In this document: positions 52,793-64,000 of the stretch, piece after piece
Numbering within the stretch: the stretch's first letter is position 1
Layout of the letters: every line of letters begins with the position of its first letter
NCBI RefSeq assembly: GCF_006345805.1
Contig: NC_043004.1
Location: 58,156,001 to 58,220,000, forward strand
Length of the DNA stretch: 64,000 nt
Source: Octopus sinensis
Taxonomy: Eukaryota
Reading direction: 5' to 3'
The notes under the pieces: model-generated
The model's input: only the letters and a program-made list of their open reading frames with translations
Told to the model about the DNA's origin: nothing
The model's database searches: none
Translations under genes and position numbers: made by a program

Positions 52793-52795
<3 letters not shown>
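52661..52795. mobile_element. Fold-back mini-element, family P1 (short arms)
   Basis: Same unique segment as 8999-9067; arms 52732-52759 / 52766-52793; flanked by (TA)n. Confidence 0.65.
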
Positions 52796-52826
<31 letters not shown>

Positions 52827-52864
52827 GCTAATGTATTTGCACACTCACGCGTTAGCATGCATGC

Positions 52865-53046
52865 ATGCTGACGCAATACGCCTCGCTGCAATCATTATCA
52901 ACAACAGGAAATCCTCAACGTGAGCGACTAAAAGAAACACCCCACTATATTATATTATATTTATAGAACAGCCGTTTTCACCACGTGTACAAGTACGTCA
53001 CAAAAGCCCATAACGTCAGCCCACGCAAGTTTGACGTCACAGCTGT
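52865..53046. promoter_or_regulatory. Candidate CRE/E-box motif cluster
   Basis: TGACGCAA 52869, CACGTG 52982, ACGTCA 52995 and 53013, TGACGTCA 53032, CAGCTG 53040 in non-repetitive DNA. Motif evidence only. Confidence 0.25.
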
Positions 53047-54229
53047 GAACGGTGAAGAAGACAGTTGCAGTGGGCGAAAAATTTACGTATCTAGAATCAT
53101 AAAAAGAGGGATACCCCACATATATTTGTAATGTAGCCTCCTCCCCACCGCAACTGCCACAATTCTGAACAAATAATCGATTATTTTAATCGGTATTTAT
53201 TATGCTTAAGTTAGATGAATAAAAATAATAAATAAAATAGATAAATAAATGAATATAACGTCTGTTACGATACGTATTAACCGTAGAATAATGGTGAAGG
53301 TAAAATATTGAGACTGAGGTGTGTTGATTTAATCAACCCCCATTGCATAGCAAGCTTAATTAATTCTTAATTATTTTCATTGTCTATGAAAGGAGGCGCG
53401 GTAGGTAGGATTAAAGGCAAAATAGCAATATTGGTCCCTATTATTGAACCCCATTGCGAAACATCCTAAGAAATTATAACTGTTCGATCTATTTACCGAA
53501 GAGTGTAATTAAGAGGTAATATATCGATAATTATTTCTAACGTTGGTATCGAGCTGAAAAACACGAGAAAGAAAGTGGGAAGGTGGGCGGTTTATATGAC
53601 GGTGGGGGTTGTCGACTGAATTGGCCTCAGTACTACTACTACTAATAATAATTTATTCGCTTTCTCTTTTATCGTCAAATTCTCATACGTTATCAACATC
53701 CTATGTAGGAGGAACACAAACAAGTACATGCGACTCGTGATGGCTGAAACGAATTAAAGAAAATTATCAAAAATTTAAAGAATCAAACTAAATAAAAAAC
53801 AAGAAAACATCAAAATAGCTTTTATTTATTTATTTATTTTCGCAATCTTACATGTTATATTGTACACTTAACTGTTGAATGTATTTGCGCTGTAAAAGAG
53901 AGAAGGAAGAAAAACATTCGCCGATGATAAATAAAGCAGCAACAGCGCTGGTTCCGAGTTGGCAGGAATGCGAAAGAAAACTTCCCCCTTTCGACGTTAA
54001 AGCAATTTCCATTTTCGATTTAACTTTCGAATCAGTAGGCTCTCTGTTCGATCGTTTGCGCCAAATTTCATGTTTGTAAAAAGCAATGGGAACGATCATA
54101 AATGGTGAAGTTGTAGTGATTGCGCCATCCTGATATCCTTGTTACTATTATCAACCCCAACAGAATTATTCCCATAGGTGCATTATGTATGTCTATGTAC
54201 ACCGTGGCTATCAAAGCATATAAGTATAT

Positions 54230-54367
54230 TATATATATATATATGTGTGTGTGTGTGTGCGTGCGCGCATGTGTGCATATATATAAATGTATATGTGTGT
54301 ATATATATATGTATACGTGCGTATATATATATATCCATGTATATATATATATATATATATATATCCA

Positions 54368-54405
<38 letters not shown>

Positions 54406-54499
54406 CATGTATATATATATATATACATATATATATATACATATACATATATATATATATACATGTATATATATATATACATGTATATATATATACATG

Positions 54500-54530
<31 letters not shown>

Positions 54531-54656
54531 CATGCGTATATACATACATGTGTGTATATATACATACATGTGTGTATATATTCATACATGTGTGCATATA
54601 TTCATACATGTGTATATATATGTGTGTATACATACATACATGTGTATATATATACA

Positions 54657-54730
<74 letters not shown>
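54230..54730. repeat. (TA)n / CATGTA-interrupted microsatellite
   Basis: Low-complexity tract. Confidence 0.9.
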
Positions 54731-54732
<2 letters not shown>

Positions 54733-54875
54733 ACACACACACACACACAAACTTCTTACTAGTTCAAATATGTTTGAAGCAAATTCGAACACCTAAGAAG
54801 ACCATTCAATGTATTTTGTCGTGGAGAAATTTTCTCGCTGTAGACAGACAGGTGTAAACACACCGAATCAGATAC

Positions 54876-54941
<66 letters not shown>

Positions 54942-55702
54942 CTCACACTCATAGACAGTCTTACGTGTGTGAATGCATCAGTTCAGTTATTTCTGTGACT
55001 AATTTTTTTTATTATTATCATTGTCATCTTCTATAACGCACACCTTTAACTCGTCTGATCTGTGCAGAATTTCTTCATCCACCCACATTATTTCATTTCT
55101 ATCAGCATCCACGTCACCATTCCTGGCTTAATTTGCGTCAACCTACGCTTAATTCTTCAGCTGATACCTGACAATGGAAGCAAATTCTTTGCAGTTCTCA
55201 TCTCAGTTCGAAATTAATGTATGTATGTATGTATGTATGAATGAGTACAAACATATATACAAACATACATATTTTATATATCACATATATATATATAAAC
55301 ACACACATATATTTACGTATATAAATATGTCTCTATGTATATATGTAGGTATGTGTGAGTGTGTGTGTGTGCGTGTGTGTGTGTGTACGTTTGGCATCTG
55401 AAGAGGCTACATTTTCAGATTTCCGAGAAGATCTACAAGCGGAAGAAATCGGTTCCATCGACTGTCTAACGGTTTTGGTAACGAATGCCACTTTGAAGAG
55501 CTGTTATGACCTGGGAAAATATAATTAGAAATACAAATGTCTATTGAACTGTGTACTTGTGCATCAACAGGTAAATATACCTGTATTATGATAATGATAT
55601 TTATATGCAGCCCTAGATTTTGCAGTTTTCTTATCTACATGGCCGTACATTCACATACATATATAAATACGAATGTGTGTGCAAATATGTATAGACACAC
55701 AA

Positions 55703-55739
<37 letters not shown>

Positions 55740-55815
55740 CACATGTATGTATATATAGCAACATATTTGCATATGCACATATATGTATCATTATACATAT
55801 ATATATGCATGTATG

Positions 55816-55852
<37 letters not shown>

Positions 55853-55855
<3 letters not shown>

Positions 55856-56031
55856 CGTAGGAGTGGCTTTATGAATGAATAAAAATAGCTTGCTTATGAA
55901 CCACATGGCTCCGAGTTCATTCCCACTGCGTGGTACATTGGGCAAGTGTCTTCTACTATAGCCTCGGGCCGACCAAAGCCTTGTGAGTGGATTTGGTAGA
56001 CAGAAACTGAAAGAAGCCCGTCACATATATG

Positions 56032-56087
<56 letters not shown>

Positions 56088-56320
56088 CGTGTGTGTATGT
56101 TTGTGTGTCTGTGTTTGCCCCCCCCTCCAACATCGCTTGACAACCGATATTGGTGAGTTTACGCCCCCGTAACTTAGCGGTTCAGCAAAAGACCCCGACA
56201 GAATAAGTACTAGGCTTACAAAAAGTAAGTCGTGGGGTCAATTTGCTCGACTAAAGGCGGTGCACCAGCATGGTCACAGTCAAATGACTAGAACAAGTAA
56301 AAGAAAAAGAGTAAAAGAGT
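55853..56320 (+). mobile_element. SINE family A
   Basis: Family A match, moderately diverged. Confidence 0.9.
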
Positions 56321-56328
56321 GTATAAAT

Positions 56329-56383
<55 letters not shown>

Positions 56384-56399
56384 ACTTGCACCAAGTTAA

Positions 56400-57320
56400 A
56401 GAAGATATAATATCCCCTGTCTGTAAAAGATGAATCAGAGTAGATACTAAGTATTGCAGGTCTCTATCTCTGAACTCACACGTTAGCAAAATCATAAAAC
56501 GCCTTGCCAATAACAAACTGTTCACATTCCTAGAAGAAAACGGTTTGCTCACAAGCACTTACCACAACTTCTGGTGCTGCTTCATGCATCAACAATAGAA
56601 TTACGACTGGGTACTGAAACGCCAGTTCAATTATTTAAACTGACCACCAAATGATTTTGTCAGTCACAACTTTACCTCGGCCAATTGGGAAACTAAGGGA
56701 GTAGCTGCATTTCTTTTACAGAGGGTATCAGACAGTTGAGGCATCTATTTGTAATTTGTCTTTCAGGGAACTGTAGTTCGTCGTTGTCTTAGAACGGCCT
56801 CAGTTACAATATCAGCCACTCTCACTGGCTACGCTGACAATTCAGAAGCTTCTCAAGCAATCAAGAAATCTGGTGGTATGAATGTAATATACAAATGGGC
56901 TGAAGAAACCAGCATGCAATTCAATGCTGAAAAATTTCAGGCGCTCCGCTATTGACCCACATAACGCAATCATATTACACAGTTCCAGAAGTTTTTGCAA
57001 TACCGGAGTCTCTGTCAATGCATGATCTGGAAATTTACACGAGTAATAATGCATCGTTCTGTGAGCATATTACTAAAATGGCAACACCGTGCATGTCACT
57101 GACTAGTTGGATTCTGGGATCACTCAGAACAAGACGAAAGTTAGCCATGTTGCTTTTGTGCAAAACATTTGTTCTCACTCGCTTGGAATTTGCATCGCGT
57201 CAAACTAACAACGGAGCCCGAGGCAACCCAATGCTATTACACCAAGAAAGCTGCTCCAATGCAACAGATGAATCACAGGAAAAGGCGAAAAAAAAAAAAC
57301 TGATACTCTTCTATCCAGAG
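56400..57320 (+). pseudogene. Heavily decayed CR1 RT relic
   Basis: Nucleotide similarity to 44700-45700 (FLEENG, MQFNAEKFQA, WILGSLRTR) with deletions and stops. Confidence 0.7.
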
Positions 57321-57356
57321 TGAAGAAGCTTTAGATATTCAGGGATTATATATATA

Positions 57357-57544
57357 TACAAAATAAGAAAATGGAGAAATACATCAAATATCAATTACCA
57401 GATAATACTCAATCACATACTTTATTAAACCACCACATAAGAAACTATAAGGTTAAATGTGGTGGTTTAATAAAGTATGTGATTGAGTATTATCTGGTAA
57501 TTGATATTTGATTTCGATGTATTTCTCCATTTTCTTATTTTGTA
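57357..57544. repeat. Fold-back (PLE-terminus-like)
   Basis: Arms 57357-57438 / 57457-57544, near-identical apart from a 6-bp insertion; next to (TA)n. Confidence 0.8.
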
Positions 57545-57739
57545 TTATGGATTTGTGGTAAATCACTTTACATTTGCCCATATAATACAGTAAATGAAAT
57601 AATTGCATCGCAATTCTTAACATTTATGTATTAACTCTGTTGGGTACTTCACTGGCAGTATATTAGATATATGTTATCCCATGGAGGGTTGCATTTACAA
57701 CCCCTATCTCAATTTGTATATATATATATATATGAGAAA

Positions 57740-58060
57740 ATAAAAAACCGAATAAGAACTTAACAGGCGACAACAAAACATCCGGAGAGTTAGACGATAC
57801 AAACAAGGACAGGTCATTAAGAGTTTTCTATCTTCAGTCGAGTTCTAGATTTTCTCAGCAGTTTCGGCCGGTTACACTCGAAACTGCTTCAATCTGGCCA
57901 GCCCCAAGAAAATCTAAGAGCACTAGATTCCTTGGAAGAAAGCAAGCGAATGTACATGGAAACAAAGATAAAAAAAACGGAGAAATGTTACATAAATACA
58001 AATAACATGACATTAACAACACGTATCTTTCGACTAAGGACGAATTAAATTAAGCGGGCA
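57740..58060. mobile_element. Dispersed repeat related (inverted) to 29705-29870
   Basis: TCTTCAGTCGAGTTC / GGCCAGCCCCAAG match the reverse complement of 29710-29800. Confidence 0.5.
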
Positions 58061-58236
58061 TGTGTGGAAGTGATATATATCCTTTAAATTCGTTTGTGGG
58101 GAAACGTTTTTGAGTTTGGATATAAAAACTATTTTATTATGTCGGCTACAGCCTAATGATACCAACTGGCAGTAGCAGTTTTCTGGGGTTGTAGCGAGGT
58201 GTGCCGATACAAAGTAAGATGAATGTAGTAGTAGTA

Positions 58237-58297
<61 letters not shown>

Positions 58298-58941
58298 CTT
58301 GAGGAAATGAACGCATGGGCTATGATCCTCCCGATGTCCATGGATACTACGGATTGTATTGTAATCATCCCAAGAATACGAACTATGATCGTAAGAAACA
58401 TGTGATTTGTGGAAACGCGCGTAGAGACGCATTAAAATATTTATAAATTCCATCCATGGATTATTATTATTACTTTGTGTGTGTGTGGGGGGGGGGTACA
58501 TATATCGGAAAGAGCCTGTGGGGAGTATTTTTGTGATTAGAGAAATGATTATAATGATTATACTAACACCGAATAAGACACCACTGCAAAGTACTAAACA
58601 TCCAGAGTAAGGACTCAATACCGTAACAGCTTAGGGTTCAAGAGCCTATATTTTTTCAGTGAATTGCAAGAATATTTCAGATTTGAAATGCATACACACA
58701 CACACACATACATATATATATACTTAAATGAGTGAAAAAACAATTAGGCACCATATCATGGTAACATTGAGGGCGAAGCTGTTGGTTTCCCTCATTCACT
58801 AACAGCAAGATGGAGCGAGAGGTGTAGAAAAGAAATGAAACAGACTAATAATCGGTACCCCATGTCGATGAAAGGTCGGTACCCATTTATGGGGTACCCC
58901 GGAATGGCTACAGCTTCTGGATGAAATTAAGTGTGTGTGTA

Positions 58942-59029
<88 letters not shown>

Positions 59030-59031
<2 letters not shown>

Positions 59032-59261
59032 GGCGGCGAGCTGGCAGAAACGTTAGCACGCCGGGCGAAATGCGTTGCCGTATTTCGTCTGCCGTTACGT
59101 TCCGAATTCAAATTCCGCCGAGGTCGACTTTGCCTTTCATCCTTCCGGGGTCGATAAATTAAGTACCAGTTATGCACTGGTGTCGATGTAATCGACTTAA
59201 TCTGTTTGTCTGTCCTTGTTTGTCTCCTCTGTGTTTAGCCCCTTGTGGGTAGTAAAGAAAT
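59030..59261 (+). mobile_element. SINE family B
   Basis: Family B match. Confidence 0.92.
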
Positions 59262-59473
59262 ATATATATGTGTGTGTGTGTGTGTGTAGATGCATGCATG
59301 TAAGTGTATGCATACGTAAATATATATGTGGTGGGCATATACATACGTGTGAACGCATATGCGTGTGTATCCGTATGTACATGTATAGCTAAATGTGTAT
59401 AACCGTATCTTTATACTTATAGCTGTATCTATGTAGGTGGATAGATTTACAAACACACACACATACATACAAT

Positions 59474-59836
59474 AGGCGCAGGAGTGGCTGTGTGGTAAGT
59501 AGCTTGCTAACCAAACCACACGGTTGCGGGTTCAGTCCTACTGCGTGGCATCTTGGGCAAGTGTCTTCTGCTATAGCCCCGGGTCGACCAATGCCTTTTG
59601 AGTGGATTTGGTAGACGGAAACTGAAAGAAGCCTGTCGTATATATGTATATATATGTATATGTGTGTGTGTGTGTTTGTCCCCCTAGCATTGCTTGACAA
59701 CCGATGCTGGTGTGTTTGCGTCCCCGTCACTTAGCGGTTCGGCAAAAAGAGACCGATAGAATAAGTACTAAAAGGTGGTGCTCCAGCATGGCCGCAGTCA
59801 AATGACTGAAACAAGAAAAAGAGAAAAGAGAAAGAG
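59474..59836 (+). mobile_element. SINE family A (3' internal deletion)
   Basis: Family A match. Confidence 0.9.
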
Positions 59837-60715
59837 ATATATGTATGTGCGTATATGCATAAATGAAATTTGCGTTTATTATTAGTATAAAGTAAATTCA
59901 AAGGAAAATTACCTAATTATTCCATAGTAAAATTATTGATCTTTTATTTATTGATCTGGATACTTTTTTTTAAAACTTTGTTTATTCCTTTATTTTCAAC
60001 TTTGATTTGCTTTTTTTTTCTCTCTCTTTTAACTGTCTGCCAGTTTGTTTCTGGTTCGCCTTCTGAATCAGACACTACAGTACAGCTGTCATAACGACCC
60101 AGAACCCACCTTTAGCTATACTACTACTACTATTACTACTACATTCCGTTATACAACAGTTATTTGTTTCTATATTTATTAGACACCCTAAATCTACTGC
60201 TGTTATCGACGCTTTCTAGTAGTCGTAGTAGAAACATTATCACCACCGTCCATTTTTACTACTGCTATAACTGTTGATTACCGCTGCCATAAATGTGTGT
60301 AGTTCCCCTCCCAACTATTTCTATTCTATTCGATTCTATTTCGTCAGAATTTTTTAAAATTCTTTTTGCAACCTATGTCTGTTCAAGTCAACGACCAAAC
60401 TCCTATATGGTTAATGAAACTGCATGCAATAGCAGCTAAATTTCCTTCAAATCACCACAATTATTCGATGATATCGTTCTCGATATATTTCTTAAAAATA
60501 CAGGTTGAATACCTTTGATGCTAGTTCTACTTAATTAGAAACGTCTGACCTAACTTAATCAACAACTTTTAGATTTAAAAAAAAACCTATTCATCTGCTT
60601 GCCTTGTGCCTACCTACCCACCTACCTACCAGTCTATCTATCTATCACTGCTGATCATTAACTACTTCTGATTTTTGAATTTGAGGATGGTCATATTTTT
60701 ACTAATTAACCACAC

Positions 60716-61070
60716 ACTCTTTTACTCTTTTACTTGTTTCAGTCATTTGACAGCGGCCATGCTGTAGCACCACCTTTAGTCGAGCAACTCGACCCCGGGA
60801 CTTATTCTTTCTGTAAGCCCAGTACTTGTTCTATCGGTCTCTTTTGCCGAACCGCTAAGTGACGGGGACGTAAACACACCAGCATCGGTTGTCAAGCAAT
60901 GCTAGGGGGACAAACACGGACACACAAACACACACGCATATATATATATACATATATACGACAGGCTTCTTTCAGTTTCCGTCTACCAAATCCACTCACA
61001 AGGCTTTGGACTGAACCCGGAACCATGTGGTTGGTAATCAAGCTACTTACCACACAGCCACTCCTGCGCC

Positions 61071-61071
<1 letters not shown>
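60716..61071 (-). mobile_element. SINE family A (internal deletion)
   Basis: Reverse-complement match. Confidence 0.9.
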
Positions 61072-61147
<76 letters not shown>

Positions 61148-61575
61148 GGTCTTCACTTCAGCTTTATTATTATTCTTACTTTAGTGTCCTTTGTCTGAAA
61201 TCTCCCGCCACACATCCTGTGACCACTTCAAAAGCTATCCATTCGACGTGTCTTCAACTATGTTTCCATTTCTACACAGCCCTTTACAAGTACCGGTAAA
61301 AAAAACACCTTTAAGAAACTTGATTTTTTCCTTTAAACTTAAACATATCAATAACAACAACAACAGATGAAATACACGTACATCAATAATGTCCTTATTT
61401 GTATTATCGCTTGAGATGCTGTTGCAGCGAAAATTTCTGATTGCAGCCGATAGGGTCAATGATAATGCCTCGATTACCAATTGGGATTGGTTAATTGGGC
61501 TGATTATGTTCAGAATATCAGTGACATGACTAGAATTAAACCTGCACACAACACACAGAAAGAAATAACGTCCAT

Positions 61576-61736
61576 GCATAGGAGTGACTGTGTGGTAAGT
61601 AGCTTGTTTACCAGCCACGTGGTTCCGGGTTCAGTCCCACTGCGTGGCACCTTGGCCAAGTGTCTTCTACTATAGCCTCGGGCCGACCAAAGCCTTGTGA
61701 GTGGATTTGGTAGACGGAAACTGAAAGAAGCCCGTC

Positions 61737-61779
<43 letters not shown>

Positions 61780-62170
61780 TAATCCAAACGAGAAAACAAA
61801 AAGACAACAACGCGAGGATGTGGAACAAATAAAGTATTATTGGGCGCTCAGGAAAGAAGGGAAGAAGGAGGGTATAACTAGTTTCGGGAATTTTGTCCCT
61901 TGTCAACGGGCGGTAACCACCAGGTTGCGATATATATATGCGTGTATGTTTGTATGTCTGTGTTTGTCCCCCCCAACATCGCTTGACAACCGATGCTGGT
62001 GTGTTTATGTCCCCGTCACTTAGCGGTTCGGCAAAAAGAGACCGATAGAATAAGTACTGGGCTTACAAAAGAATAAGTCCCGGGGTCGAGTTGCTCGACT
62101 AAAGGCGGTGCTCCAGCATGGCCGCAGTCAAATGACTGAAACAAGTAAAAGAGTAAAGAGTAAAAGAGTA
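61576..62170 (+). mobile_element. SINE family A with a nested P3 fragment in its internal microsatellite
   Basis: The two SINE halves are separated by (TA)n plus 61779-61930, whose first ~90 bp match 16809-16910. Confidence 0.9.
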
Positions 62171-62268
62171 TGTCCGCGTGGTGTGTGTGTTCTGAAGGGG
62201 GGGATAGTCTGCCGTCGTTTGGGGATGAAGAAACAGTTCGATGAACTGAATTACCAGCTTCTGAATGA

Positions 62269-63893
62269 ACGTGCAAGTGAGTGAGCATTCCACAAACACG
62301 TGCAAGCGAGTGAGCATTCCACAAACACGTGCAAGTGAGTGAGCATTCCACAAACACGTGCAAGCGAGTGAGCATTCCACAAACACGTGCAAGCGAGTGA
62401 GCATTCCACAAACACGTGCAAGCGAGTGAGCATTCCACAAACACGTGTAAGTGAGTGAGCATTCCACAAACACGTGTAAGTGAGTGAGCATTCCACAAAC
62501 ACGTGCAAGCGAGTGAGCATTCCACAAACACGTGCAAGCGAGTGAGCATTCCACAAACACGTGCAAGTGAGTGAGCATTCCACAAACACGTGCAAGCGAG
62601 TGAGCATTCCACAAACACGTGCAAGCGAGTGAGCATTCCACAAACACGTGCAAGTGAGTGAGCATTCCACAAACACGTGCAAGTGAGTCAGCATTCCACA
62701 AACACGTGCAAGTGAGTCAGCATTCCACAAACACGTGCAAGTGAGTCAGCATTCCACAAACACGTGCAAGTGAGTCAGCATTCCACAAACACGTGCAAGC
62801 GAGTGAGCATTCCACAAACACGTGCAAGCGAGTGAGCATTCCACAAACACGTGCAAGCGAGTGAGCATTCCACAAACACGTGCAAGCGAGTGAGCATTCC
62901 ACAAACACGTGCAAGCGAGTGAGCATTCCAGAAACACGTGCAAGCGAGTGAGCATTCCACAAACACGTGCAAGTGAGTCAGCATTCCACAAACACGTGCA
63001 AGCGAGTGAGCATTCCACAAACACGTGCAAGCGAGTGAGCATTCCACAAACACGTGCAAGCGAGTGAGCATTCCACAAACACGTGCAAGCGAGTGAGCAT
63101 TCCACAAACACGTGCAAGCGAGTGAGCATTCCAGAAACACGTGCAAGCGAGTGAGCATTCCACAAACACGTGCAAGCGAGTGAGCATTCCACAAACACGT
63201 GCAAGCGAGTCAGCATTCCACAAACACGTGCAAGTGAGTCAGCATTCCACAAACACGTGCAAGCGAGTGAGCATTCCACAAACACGTGCAAGCGAGTGAG
63301 CATTCCATAAACACGTGCAAGCGAGTGAGCATTCCACAAACACGTGCAAGCGAGTGAGCATTCCACAAACACGTGCAAGCGAGTGAGCATTCCACAAACA
63401 CGTGCAAGCTAGTGAGCATTCCACAAACACGTGCAAGCGAGTGAGCATTCCACAAACACGTGCAAGTGAGTCAGCATTCCACAAACACGTGCAAGCGAGT
63501 GAGCATTCCACAAACACGTGCAAGCGAGTCAGCATTCCACAAACACGTGCAAGCGAGTGAGCATTCCACAAACACGTGCAAGTAAGTCAGCATTCCACAA
63601 ACACGTGCAAGCGAGTCAGCATTCCACAAACACGTGCAAGCGAGTGAGCATTCCACAAACACGTGCAAGCGAGTGAGCATTCCACAAACACGTGCAAGTG
63701 AGTCAGCATTCCACAAACACGTGCAAGTGAGTCAGCATTCCACAAACACGTGCAAGCGAGTGAGCATTCCATAAACACGTGCAAGCGAGTCAGCATTCCA
63801 CAAACACGTGCAAGCGAGTGAGCATTCCACAAACACGTGCAAGCGAGTGAGCATTCCACAAACACGTGCAAGCGAGTGAGCATTCCACAAACA
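62269..63893. repeat. 29-bp minisatellite, ~56 copies
   Basis: Unit ATTCCACAAACACGTGCAAG(C/T)GAGT(G/C)AGC; exact 29-bp phase from 62281 to 63876 (55 periods). Confidence 0.97.
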
Positions 63894-64000
63894 TGGATTA
63901 TTGGTACCGTCCACTCAATACCATTTATGTTAAGATCGAATCGGGGCTATAGAAAATGACGTTTGTCCATGATGCCACCGATGGGAGTCGAACTTCTTAA

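Noticed and set aside
58280-58440. Short peptides (plus: MGYDPPDVHGYYGLYC...; minus: BIR-like ...HSPCVHF)
   Set aside because: Upstream stop, no polypyrimidine acceptor and no CxxC. Similarity is too weak to support a call.
755-61300. Dozens of Y/I-, H/T- and V/C/M-rich ORFs in the ORF track
   Set aside because: They are stop-free readings of (TA)n, (CA)n and (TACA)n microsatellites or SINE bodies, not genes.
62016-63914. Many long ORFs with repeated MWNAHSLARVCG peptides; possible CRISPR array
   Set aside because: They are translations of a 29-bp tandem repeat. There are no unique spacers and no cas genes, and the DNA is eukaryotic.

Overview
AT-rich, microsatellite-saturated animal genomic DNA. 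The SINE families look like those of Octopus (cephalopod); this is a recognition-level call, not a database result. No host gene, rRNA, intact tRNA or CRISPR array is supported. Almost all listed ORFs are translations of (TA)n/(TACA)n/(CA)n microsatellites or of a 29-bp minisatellite. The window is a transposon graveyard. It holds ~18 copies of one tRNA-derived SINE plus three other SINE families, and one near-full-length, apparently young CR1-clade LINE (~42.4-46.25 kb; CCCH zinc finger, APE, RT) preceded by a higher-order tandem array. It also has three older CR1 relics, two R4/Dong-type fragments with a restriction-like endonuclease that both end in (TACA)n, Penelope-like (PLE) remnants including a GIY-YIG fragment, two non-autonomous Helitrons and a mariner MITE. 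The most interesting signals are: (i) several hammerhead-ribozyme motifs with palindromic stem III inside PLE-like fold-back mini-elements in (TA)n; (ii) a possible (TACA)n-targeting R4/Dong lineage; (iii) a 3' stem-loop shared by the SINE and the LINE, with compensatory base changes; (iv) a near-perfect 236-bp GC-rich palindrome; (v) an indel-free 56 x 29-bp array. Boundaries were counted by hand and may be off by a few bases.
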